A stretch of 43,318 nt of DNA, from contig NZCP01000040.1 of NCBI GenBank assembly GCA_002686465.1, forward strand, positions 1-43,318, in the 5' to 3' direction. Shown here piece by piece: positions 35,241 to 43,318 of this stretch; position 1 is the first letter of the stretch; each line of letters begins with the position of its first letter. A program made the position numbers and the translations under genes. Under the pieces are notes generated by a model that worked only from the letters and a program-made list of their open reading frames with translations, had not been told where the DNA came from and did no database searches. The DNA comes from Candidatus Woesebacteria bacterium (GTDB lineage Bacteria; Patescibacteriota; Microgenomatia; UBA8517; UBA10165).

Positions 35241-35619
35241 GGAACGAATAATATACCCTCGATTATCGTATAAAGTGGTTGGGGTTTTGTTCGATGTGCA
35301 CCGCAAGCTTGGGAACAGGTTGCAAGAGAAATATTACCAGCGAGCTATTGCTTTGGGATTCAAGAAGGCAAATATTCCATTTAAAGAACAGGCGTTAGTC
35401 CAACTGGAGTACGAGAGCGAGCCCATTGGGCGATATTTTGTTGACTTTGTAATTAGTAATAAGATAGCCTTGGATATTAAAGCTGTACCCAAGACTAGCA
35501 AGCATGATTACGATCAAATGCTTGCTTATTTGCATGTTTTAAAGTTAAAGTTAGGTGTCATTGCAAATTTTAGAGCGCAGAATCTGACTTTTAAAAGATT
35601 GGTCAATTCCAGAATTTGA
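35221..35619 (+). CDS. GxxExxY protein (PD-(D/E)XK nuclease-like); start 35221 or 35239
   Basis: VHRKLGNRLQEKYYQRA, YFVDFVISNKIALDIKA, QMLAYL, LGVIANF. Confidence 0.92.
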   Translation: MSTNKSMERIIYPRLSYKVVGVLFDVHRKLGNRLQEKYYQRAIALGFKKANIPFKEQALVQLEYESEPIGRYFVDFVISNKIALDIKAVPKTSKHDYDQMLAYLHVLKLKLGVIANFRAQNLTFKRLVNSRI

Positions 35620-35677
35620 ATTTGTACTATTTGCTTAAATTCGTTAAAATTTGCTGTTATTTGCTGGTAAATTCATT
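35618..35677. repeat. ~10-bp periodic array (ATTYGC), right flank, inverted relative to the left flank
   Basis: Cores ATTTGT 35620, ATTTGC 35629, ATTCGT 35639, ATTTGC 35649, ATTTGC 35659. Confidence 0.8.
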
Positions 35678-35679
35678 TT

Positions 35680-37683
35680 ATGAATCTTATTATTGTTGAA
35701 TCGCCGACTAAGGCCAAAACTCTGTCCCGATTTTTAGGTAAGGAATACACGGTTGACTCCACAATGGGTCATATCCAGGATTTGCCCAAAAGTAAGCTTG
35801 GAATTGATGTGGAGAAGAATTTTGCCCCTGATTACATTCTGACTCCAGGCAAGGAGGAGGTTGTTGAGCGTCTCAAGAAGGAAGCAAAGGACGCAAAGAG
35901 AGTATATCTTGCAACTGATCCTGACCGAGAGGGGGAAGCAATTGCGTATCATACATTTGACAGTCTCGCAGGCGGTAACGCAAGCCAACCTTCAAAAGGA
36001 ACTGCTTCCAAGTTCCAGAGGATTGTTTTTCATGAGATTACGGAAGAAGCGGTCAAGGAGGCATTAGGACATCCAAGGGTTATAGACAATAAGCTTGTTG
36101 ACGCTCAAGTCGCCCGCAGAGTTCTAGATAGGCTTGTTGGGTACAAACTCTCGCCTCTTATTTGGAAAAAGGTTAGGCGTGGGTTATCGGCTGGGCGTGT
36201 TCAGAGTGTTGCGGTTCGACTTGTTGTGGAAAGGGATCGGGATATCGCAAAGTTTAAGGCAGACGAGTATTGGGAGATCTTTGCAGATGTCAAAGCTAAG
36301 AAAACTAAGGGTTTTACTGTCGAATTGGTCAAAATAGCGGGTAAAAAGGCAGAAGTTAAGGATGGGAAGACAGCAAAAAAGGTAGTTTCAGACCTGAATA
36401 AGGCTAAATACATAGTTTTATCAGTCGATAAAAAAGAAGTAAAAAGAAATCCATACCCTCCTTTTACTACCTCAACCATGACTCAGTCTGCGAGTAGTCT
36501 TTATAGTTGGTCGGCAAAGAGAACGATGTCTGTTGCTCAAAAGCTTTATGAGAAAGGATTAATAACTTATCACAGAACAGATTCTGTGCATCTTGCTACA
36601 CAAGCGGTTGATATGGCACGACACTTTATTCAAACAAAGTATTCTGAAAAATTCCTCCCAGAAGCACCAAGAGTATATAAAGTAAAGAGCAAATCAGCAC
36701 AGGAAGCGCATGAGGCAATTCGACCAACTAAAGCGGACCGGATTCCTGGTGAATTTAAAACAGTTGGCAAATTTAAAGAGGATGCATCCAAACTCTATGC
36801 TCTTATTTGGAAACGTTTCGTAGCTTGCCAGATGGCTACGTCTATATATGACCAGACGACTATCAATGTCGAAGCCTCCAAATACCTGCTTCGTGCGTCG
36901 GGCAGAATTATGAAGTTTGAGGGATGGCAAGCTGTGAACAGGGAGATAAAAAGTGCGAAAACTCAAGCTGTAGACGGGGAGCAAAAGCTACCTGAAGTTA
37001 AAGAAAAAGATTCGCTTCAATTAATTAAAGTAGATCCGCAGCAGAAGTTTACTGAGCCGCCACCGAAGTATAACGAGGCATCATTGATTAAGACTCTAGA
37101 GCAGCTTGAGATTGGAAGACCTTCAACTTATGCTCCTATTATTTCAACAATCCAAGCCAGACAGTATGTTGAGAAAACAGAAGGAAAACTTAATTCGACT
37201 ACTATTGGAGTTGCCGTATCTGACTTTTTAGTAAAGCATTTTCCAGACGTTTTTGATTACCAGTTCACAGCCTTAATGGAGGGTGACTTGGACAAAATTG
37301 CCGCAGGTAGCAAAAAATGGGCGCCGATAATTGGTCAATTTTGGAAACCATTCTCGTCAAAGCTAAAAGGTGTAGAAGAAAAGGCTAAAAGGGTAAAAAT
37401 AGAAGTCGAAAAAACTGGTGATAAATGCCCAGATTGCAAAAAGGGTGACCAGGTTATACGTGTGGGACGATTTGGCAAATTTCTATCCTGCTCACGTTTT
37501 CCAGATTGTAGTTGGAAAGCCAACTATGTTGAGACTATAGAGATGAAGTGCCTGGGATGTAAAAAAGGAGAAGTGGTTGTGAAAAAGACAAAAACAGGCA
37601 GGCGTTTCTTTGGCTGTTCACGGTATCCTGATTGTGATTGGGCGTCCTGGAAAAACCCCAAACAAGAAGAGAAGAAAGAGTAG
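35680..37683 (+). CDS. topA: DNA topoisomerase I
   Basis: IIVESPTKAK, ATDPDREGEAI, SAGRVQS, ITYHRTDS, GRPSTY, two C-terminal Zn ribbons. Confidence 0.98.
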   Translation: MNLIIVESPTKAKTLSRFLGKEYTVDSTMGHIQDLPKSKLGIDVEKNFAPDYILTPGKEEVVERLKKEAKDAKRVYLATDPDREGEAIAYHTFDSLAGGNASQPSKGTASKFQRIVFHEITEEAVKEALGHPRVIDNKLVDAQVARRVLDRLVGYKLSPLIWKKVRRGLSAGRVQSVAVRLVVERDRDIAKFKADEYWEIFADVKAKKTKGFTVELVKIAGKKAEVKDGKTAKKVVSDLNKAKYIVLSVDKKEVKRNPYPPFTTSTMTQSASSLYSWSAKRTMSVAQKLYEKGLITYHRTDSVHLATQAVDMARHFIQTKYSEKFLPEAPRVYKVKSKSAQEAHEAIRPTKADRIPGEFKTVGKFKEDASKLYALIWKRFVACQMATSIYDQTTINVEASKYLLRASGRIMKFEGWQAVNREIKSAKTQAVDGEQKLPEVKEKDSLQLIKVDPQQKFTEPPPKYNEASLIKTLEQLEIGRPSTYAPIISTIQARQYVEKTEGKLNSTTIGVAVSDFLVKHFPDVFDYQFTALMEGDLDKIAAGSKKWAPIIGQFWKPFSSKLKGVEEKAKRVKIEVEKTGDKCPDCKKGDQVIRVGRFGKFLSCSRFPDCSWKANYVETIEMKCLGCKKGEVVVKKTKTGRRFFGCSRYPDCDWASWKNPKQEEKKE

Positions 37684-37866
37684 ATTTTCCCCATTGACCC
37701 CATACAATCTTACTTCTCGCCTTTTCAATTCTGTTCGAATACGGCTCGAAGAGCGATTTGACGGGGTCGGTGACCCTAAAGCGGGGCTTGACACGTCTTC
37801 TGTAACTTTGTTACAAAGTAACTTACTTCTGCCCGAGGGTTTCTTGCCCCTTTGTTAAATTGAGTC

Positions 37867-38736
37867 ATGAACACAGCTGAGAGTAGACCATCTAGATCAC
37901 CAGATTCTGATCCGTATCCACCTTCTGAAGTTATGAAGGAGCTGTTGTACACCCATTATGCAAGAGATGGGATTCTTGCTTATCTGGCTAAATTTGACCA
38001 GGATGTTGATTGGATTCTCACTTTCCCAGACGAGAAGCGAGGAAGCTTGGTAGATATAGGAATCCTTCGTCATCTTGTTGCAGGCAATATAGATATAAAG
38101 CCTTTTCGCCCAGACCAGTTGACAAATAATGGGTATGATGTTCGCCTGGGCGAGCATCACCTCTTTCATGATGGAGATTATGGAGACAAGTCACTCAGGT
38201 TTATGAGGTCACCGATTTATAATCCAAATGAACCCAGGAGCGTTCGTACAGCATGGGGTGAACCAAAGAGAGCAGCTAGTCTGAAAAGTCATGCAGAGCG
38301 TATAGACGGCGCGTTCGGGATAGATAAATTGGACCTCAAGGGTATTGAGCAAGAGGATCTTATCATACTTCTTGAGCCAGGAATAACAATGTTAGGTCAT
38401 ACTGAAGAGTTTATTGGAGGAAGAAGGGTAGTAACAACTCGGATTTCTGGAAATTCTACCACAGGGCGCCACATGCTTGAGATTTGCAGCGATGCTAATT
38501 TAGGAGCTGTTGGATTTCGTAGCCGCTGGACTCTAGAGATTACAAATAAGTCGCTTTTGAGCATGACCCCTCTAGTGGTAGGTCAGGTAGTTGCAACCAT
38601 TACATTTGAAGAGGTTGAAATGCCGGCTCAGTCATATGATGGTAGATATCAAGAAGGAAGGACGATTGAGGAAATCGAAGAGGCTTGGGTGCCAGAGATG
38701 ATGATTCCCAAACCACCCAGGATTATACGGGGGTGA
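37867..38736 (+). CDS. dcd: dCTP deaminase family protein
   Basis: GYDVRLG, TEEFIG, GNSTTGR, GFRSRWTLEITN, YDGRYQ. Confidence 0.8.
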   Translation: MNTAESRPSRSPDSDPYPPSEVMKELLYTHYARDGILAYLAKFDQDVDWILTFPDEKRGSLVDIGILRHLVAGNIDIKPFRPDQLTNNGYDVRLGEHHLFHDGDYGDKSLRFMRSPIYNPNEPRSVRTAWGEPKRAASLKSHAERIDGAFGIDKLDLKGIEQEDLIILLEPGITMLGHTEEFIGGRRVVTTRISGNSTTGRHMLEICSDANLGAVGFRSRWTLEITNKSLLSMTPLVVGQVVATITFEEVEMPAQSYDGRYQEGRTIEEIEEAWVPEMMIPKPPRIIRG

Positions 38737-38741
38737 GAAAT

Positions 38742-39182
38742 ATGAACAAAGAAGCACAACCCATACTTAAATTCCAATTGTCCGCAGGGGTTAGCCTTCC
38801 TGAATATGCTAACCAAGGTGACGCAGGGTTTGATCTTCGTTCTCAGGAGAGAGTGAGTCTTGCTCCAGGTGAACAGCACATCTTCAAGCTAGGTCTCAGG
38901 TCAGAGATACCTCCGGATTGGGCTGTCTTGCTCCGCGACCGTAGCAGTCTTGCTGCGAAACACGGACTCCACGTTCACGCTGGGGTAATAGATAGCGGTT
39001 TTCGAGGGGAATGGGGTGTTGTTTTATTCAATCATGGGAAGGAGTCGGTTACTATTGATGAGGGAGAAAGGATTGCTCAGGGAATCTTGCAGCCTGCACC
39101 TCAGGCCAAAATTGTAGAAGTTCAAGAGTTGTCAAACACTGAACGTGGCAGCGGAGGTTTTGGAAGCACAGGAAGAAAGTAA
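38742..39182 (+). CDS. dut: dUTP diphosphatase
   Basis: DAGFDL, DRSSLA, GVIDSGFRGE, RIAQG, RGSGGFGSTG; ATG 38742. Confidence 0.97.
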   Translation: MNKEAQPILKFQLSAGVSLPEYANQGDAGFDLRSQERVSLAPGEQHIFKLGLRSEIPPDWAVLLRDRSSLAAKHGLHVHAGVIDSGFRGEWGVVLFNHGKESVTIDEGERIAQGILQPAPQAKIVEVQELSNTERGSGGFGSTGRK

Positions 39183-39185
39183 TTT

Positions 39186-39797
39186 ATGACTGAGAGGGGT
39201 AAATTTATTGTTCTTTATGGGGCAAACAATCTTGGCAAATCAACCCAGGTTGAGCTGCTTGTTAAACCCTTAAGAGGTTTGCTGCCTTCTGTTGAAAGTC
39301 TCAAATATCCTGTATACCGTCTTGGGCCCACAGGTCCTATTTTAAATGCGGCACTTCGGGAGGGTTTGGTGATCTCAGATCTAGAGTTGCAGCGCCAGTT
39401 TGCGAAAAATAGACGTGATTATGAACCTAGATTAAAAGTGATGTTGGAGAATGGAACCTGGGTAATAGGAGAAGACTATACAGGGACTGGTATTGCTTGG
39501 GGGATGACACATGGGATTTCTCGAGACGTTATGGAGAAGATGAACAAGGAATTGTTAAGGGAGGATTTAGCCATTCTTCTTGACGGTGAGCGGTTTACCC
39601 GTGGTATTGAGCGAGGACACAGACACGAGGAGTCATATGTAGATTGGGCTTTAAGTAGAAAGATACATCTAGAGTTATCTGAAAGATATGGCTGGAAAGT
39701 GGTTGATGCGCTTGGTTCACCGGAGCAGGTACATAGAAGAGTGGTGGATATTATAAAACAAGAACTCAGTGTTGCCCAGCGGAAGGAGGAGAAATGA
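39186..39797 (+). CDS. tmk: Thymidylate kinase (divergent)
   Basis: RGKFIVLYGANNLGKSTQ P-loop, KYP, DLAILLD; context. Confidence 0.85.
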   Translation: MTERGKFIVLYGANNLGKSTQVELLVKPLRGLLPSVESLKYPVYRLGPTGPILNAALREGLVISDLELQRQFAKNRRDYEPRLKVMLENGTWVIGEDYTGTGIAWGMTHGISRDVMEKMNKELLREDLAILLDGERFTRGIERGHRHEESYVDWALSRKIHLELSERYGWKVVDALGSPEQVHRRVVDIIKQELSVAQRKEEK

Positions 39798-40000
39798 GTA
39801 CAGAAAATAATTGGGTGGAGGACCAAAAACACTATGCAGACAAAGGTGGTCACCGAAGAAGAGGTTTTAATTTGACTGAAACCAGAAAAGCATTTCCTGG
39901 TTCTGGCTGGCAGCACGAAAAGCGTACTAAGTTGCCTGCCAAAGAGCAGTTGGTGCTATTAAAATTAAGAATGCTGAGGGATTCAAACGACGGAAGATAG
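39794..40000 (+). CDS. Small hypothetical protein
   Basis: 68 aa, ATGA overlap with tmk, SD-like GGAGGAG upstream. Confidence 0.5.
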   Translation: MSTENNWVEDQKHYADKGGHRRRGFNLTETRKAFPGSGWQHEKRTKLPAKEQLVLLKLRMLRDSNDGR

Positions 40001-40044
40001 TAAAATGGGGTATAATAGGATCGAAACCTGCAAGGCAGAAAATA

Positions 40045-41346
40045 ATGGACAAAAGAATTACTCAGTTATTAGCCCAAGAGGAAAAACGTCAAAGGGAGAC
40101 AATTAACCTCATTCCAAGTGAGAATTATGCTTCAAAACAGGTTCGAAACCTCGTCGGGAGCATTTTTGCAAACAAGTACTCCGAGGGCTATCCGGGCCGG
40201 CGATATTACCAAGGGAACACAATAGTTGATCAAGTGGAAAACTTGGCCGTAGAGCGGGCAAAGAAGCTTTTTGGGGTTCCTCATGCGAATGTACAACCAT
40301 ACTCTGGTTCCCCTGCTAATTCTGCAGTGCTCTTTGTCTTGTGTGATACAGAAAGTACCATTATGGGTATGGAGTTAGCTTCCGGGGGACACCTCACGCA
40401 TGGCCATCCAGGTATAACTTTCTCAGGAAAATACTTTAATTCGGTTCAATTTGGTACAGACAAGTCGGGTTTGATAGATTATGATGCAGTTGGTCGATTG
40501 GCGAAGAAGGTAAAACCCAAGGTAATGATTATCGGCACAACAGCATATCCGCTAATTTTGGACTGGCAGAAGTTTGCTCAAATTGCCAATTCTGTAGGTG
40601 CATACTTGGTTGCTGACATTGCACACGTTGCAGGGCTTGTGGTTAGCGGAGTTTATCCAAATCCGGTACCTTACGCACACATAATAACTACGACAACACA
40701 CAAAAGCTTGCGAGGGCCAAGAGGTGCGATTGTTATGGTAACAGACAAAGGGATCGCGAAAGATCCAGATTTACCTACCAAAATCGACAGAGCGGTGTTC
40801 CCAGGTTTACAAGGAGGACCGCACGATAACACCACAGCTGGTATTGCTCAGGCACTTTATGAGGCTAGCCAAGCAAGCTTTCGAAAGTACGCGAAAAAAA
40901 TAGTTGAGAATGCAAAGGTTCTGGCAAAAACGCTTCAGAATGGCTCTGTTGAGCTTGTTGGAGGTGGAACCGACTCACATCTTATCTTGGTAGACTTGAG
41001 CCCGCAGGGACTATCTGGGAATGTTGTTTCTGAGGCTATGGAGGCTGCTGGCATTGTTTCCAATCGCAATAGCGTACCCGGAGACACGTCGCCCTTTTAT
41101 CCATCCGGGATCCGTTTGGGCACGCCTGCTGTAACTACTCGAGGCATGGGGGTTGCCGAGATGAAACAGATAGGAGAGTGGATTTTGAGCGTGATTAGGC
41201 ACGTAGGGGGTGAAAAATTATCCAATGATCCCAAAGAGCGCACAAAGTTCTTAAAAGATTATAGAGAGCGTATTACCAAAGATAAATTTCTGAAGAAGAT
41301 TTCTCAAGACGTTAAAAATCTTTGTAAAAAATTCCCATTATTATGA
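40045..41346 (+). CDS. glyA: Serine hydroxymethyltransferase
   Basis: LIPSENY, YSEGYPGRRYY, GGHLTHG, TTTTHKSLRGPRG, GIRLGTPA. Confidence 0.98.
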   Translation: MDKRITQLLAQEEKRQRETINLIPSENYASKQVRNLVGSIFANKYSEGYPGRRYYQGNTIVDQVENLAVERAKKLFGVPHANVQPYSGSPANSAVLFVLCDTESTIMGMELASGGHLTHGHPGITFSGKYFNSVQFGTDKSGLIDYDAVGRLAKKVKPKVMIIGTTAYPLILDWQKFAQIANSVGAYLVADIAHVAGLVVSGVYPNPVPYAHIITTTTHKSLRGPRGAIVMVTDKGIAKDPDLPTKIDRAVFPGLQGGPHDNTTAGIAQALYEASQASFRKYAKKIVENAKVLAKTLQNGSVELVGGGTDSHLILVDLSPQGLSGNVVSEAMEAAGIVSNRNSVPGDTSPFYPSGIRLGTPAVTTRGMGVAEMKQIGEWILSVIRHVGGEKLSNDPKERTKFLKDYRERITKDKFLKKISQDVKNLCKKFPLL

Positions 41347-42173
41347 CGGCATATGTTTTTGACGGAAAAAAGTTTGCAAAAGATAAAGAAAAACTTTTAT
41401 CGAATAAAGTAAGACAATTAAAGTCTTCGGGTATTACTCCAACAGTTGCAGCAATTCTAGTGGGGAATGACACATCTTCCAAGATTTATATTGGTCTTAA
41501 GAAAAAGGCAGCAGAAAGAGTCGGCGTTGAACTTCATTTAATTAAATTTACGCGTACTACTCAGGGGAAGCTGGTGCATTTAATTAAAGAGTTGAACCAA
41601 GATAGGCAAATCCATGGCATGATGGTGCAATTACCTTTGCCTGGACAGCTAAATAATCGAGCTACCAGGGAAAAGATATTGAATACAATTGCTTCTGAGA
41701 AGGATGTAGATGGGCTTAGGAGTAAAGCTAGCTTTTTACCAGCCACTGTCAAGGCTATACTTTATTCTATTAAAGAGGCACAAAAGGTCAAATCTCTACC
41801 TAAGGATATGGGGGGTGTTGCTGCTTGCGTTGTAGGTGCTTCTGGTATGGTTGGGAAACCTTTAGCGGGGGGTTTGAGGAAGATGGGAGTGGAGGTTGTG
41901 AAAACTGATGTGAAAACTAAGAATTTAAAGGAGGAAACCTTGAAGGCTGATCTTTTAATAAGCGCTACCGGTGTACCTAACCTTATTGAGAGTGATGTGG
42001 TAAGGTCAGGAGCTGTAGTAATTGATGTAGGCGCGCCCAAGGGTGATGTTGATTTCCCTGAAGTGAGCAAGGTGGCATCGTTTATTACACCTGTGCCTGG
42101 AGGGATAGGACCAGTAACCGTTATTTCTCTTATGGAAAACGTAATTGAGGCTGCGGAAAAGTTTGATACTTGA
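41343..42173 (+). CDS. folD: Methylenetetrahydrofolate dehydrogenase/cyclohydrolase
   Basis: YIGLK, VQLPLP, KDVDG, VIDVG, ITPVPGGIGPVT. Confidence 0.95.
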   Translation: MTAYVFDGKKFAKDKEKLLSNKVRQLKSSGITPTVAAILVGNDTSSKIYIGLKKKAAERVGVELHLIKFTRTTQGKLVHLIKELNQDRQIHGMMVQLPLPGQLNNRATREKILNTIASEKDVDGLRSKASFLPATVKAILYSIKEAQKVKSLPKDMGGVAACVVGASGMVGKPLAGGLRKMGVEVVKTDVKTKNLKEETLKADLLISATGVPNLIESDVVRSGAVVIDVGAPKGDVDFPEVSKVASFITPVPGGIGPVTVISLMENVIEAAEKFDT

Positions 42174-42215
42174 CACAGAGCATAGTAGTTATTAAAGTGT
42201 TCGAAATACTCCTCT

Positions 42216-42515
42216 ATGAGCGTAGTTGAAAAGAAATCAAAAGACAGGAGTGGCCCCGAACCTCTTCAGCCGTTTGAGCGATCCTCTGATCCAAAAATAA
42301 TAAGCCGGGACTATGTGCATAGCGAAGGGTTTTTGTGTACGGTAGAGCTTCCGCACAACAATGATGGTGTTGATCCTAGCTCAGGTTGTACAGGAAGTGT
42401 TACTTTAATATTGCATCAGGGATCCAGGGGTAGTGCAACAGGGCGGTGCGATAAATGCAATAAAGAAGTTGGTACGAACACGGGCAAGATACAGTCAGGG
42501 TTGGGGATTTTGTAG
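42216..42515 (+). CDS. Hypothetical protein, possibly Zn-binding
   Basis: 99 aa with C...H...C...CDKC. Confidence 0.55.
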   Translation: MSVVEKKSKDRSGPEPLQPFERSSDPKIISRDYVHSEGFLCTVELPHNNDGVDPSSGCTGSVTLILHQGSRGSATGRCDKCNKEVGTNTGKIQSGLGIL

Positions 42516-42524
42516 AGAACCTTA

Positions 42525-43259
42525 ATGGTCAATTCTCCAGAGTTCAGGGAAAAAGAGCAATCCGAAAAAGTGCCTTTGGTGGTGATAATCGGAGGTGGAT
42601 CCAGGCTTCCTCCAATCATTGAACATGCCCAACAACCCGACTCACTCGTACAGATTTCCGCTGTTTTCTCTCATAAAAAAGAGTCTCCTGGGATTAGGCT
42701 TGCCAATAAGTGTCAAATTCCTGCATTTTTTGCAAATCTACCTAGATGGAAAAGGCTTCCAAGGAGAGGTCAGGAGGTATACGATCGAGAAACATACAAC
42801 AGCTGTCTTGGTGAGTTTATTTCTGAGAGATATTTTGAAAAAAATGGGGTAAAAGGTCTTGTGGTAATGGTTGGATGGGATTTAATCATGTCAGAGAAAT
42901 TTTTGAAGCACTTTCAGGCAGAAGATGGACATTTCAGGGCTATAAATCTACATCCTGCTCTGCTACCAGATGATCTAGAAAATAAAGAAGTAACTCTTTC
43001 AAACGGAGAAAAAATTCCTGTGCTTCGAGGTATGCATTCTAATCAAGCGTTTAAAGAGACACTTAAGAGAAGTTTGAAGTGGTCGGGGGCAACAGTGCAC
43101 TTTGTGACGCCCGAGGTGGATGCCGGACCGGTAGTTTTGCGCGGAGAAGTGCCGGTTCTTGCAGGAGATACAGTAGAAAGCCTAGCCGCCAGGGTGCATG
43201 AAAAAGAGGATGTGATTTTACCGAAAGCAATAGATATGATATTACGAGGACTAATATAA
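42525..43259 (+). CDS. purN: PurN-like formyltransferase (formyl_trans_N family)
   Basis: GGGSRL, VGWDLIMS, INLHPALLP, SGATVHFV, VDAGPVV, RVHEKE. Confidence 0.8.
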   Translation: MVNSPEFREKEQSEKVPLVVIIGGGSRLPPIIEHAQQPDSLVQISAVFSHKKESPGIRLANKCQIPAFFANLPRWKRLPRRGQEVYDRETYNSCLGEFISERYFEKNGVKGLVVMVGWDLIMSEKFLKHFQAEDGHFRAINLHPALLPDDLENKEVTLSNGEKIPVLRGMHSNQAFKETLKRSLKWSGATVHFVTPEVDAGPVVLRGEVPVLAGDTVESLAARVHEKEDVILPKAIDMILRGLI

Positions 43260-43318
43260 GTGGATACTGTCTAACAATATATTGCAACTTTGGGTAGAAC
43301 TTGGTAAAATATTCACTA

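Noticed and set aside
1-43318. Alternative genetic code (TGA as Gly or Trp)
   Set aside because: TGA ends several well-defined genes (galU, fmt, glyA, folD) at expected positions, and long ORFs are intact under code 11.

Overview
Core-genome window from a small-genome bacterium. Gene content and protein divergence suggest Patescibacteria/CPR, Microgenomates-like (inference); genetic code 11. It holds tRNA-Thr/Tyr/Thr-rpmG-tRNA-Trp-rpsU, then secE-nusG-rplK-rplA-(L10 leader)-rplJ-rplL, galU, rpmB, def/fmt, mreB-mreC-mreD-PBP2, dprA-topA, a dcd-dut-tmk-glyA-folD-purN-like cluster, two O-antigen-ligase-like genes, several secreted or surface proteins, and a 7TM / ATP-grasp-protease / RimK / methyltransferase operon. 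I read rpmG, the partial CDS at 1-614, four tRNAs, the L10 leader and a probable 6S RNA directly from the DNA, since they are not in the ORF track. The most striking unexplained signal is a set of short-period degenerate repeat arrays (7, 9, 10 and 11 bp). Two small genes, a GxxExxY PD-(D/E)XK-like protein and a four-helix-bundle protein, each sit between inverted arrays. The 10-bp array type also occurs gene-less at the rplJ/rplL junction, and other 7- and 9-bp arrays lie in frame inside housekeeping genes and in the L10 leader. This suggests an uncharacterised mobile-element or RNA-stem system. A 100-bp-period array of hairpin repeats carrying the tRNA-Trp 3' end is a second candidate. All calls come from reading motifs by eye; no searches or folding programs were run.
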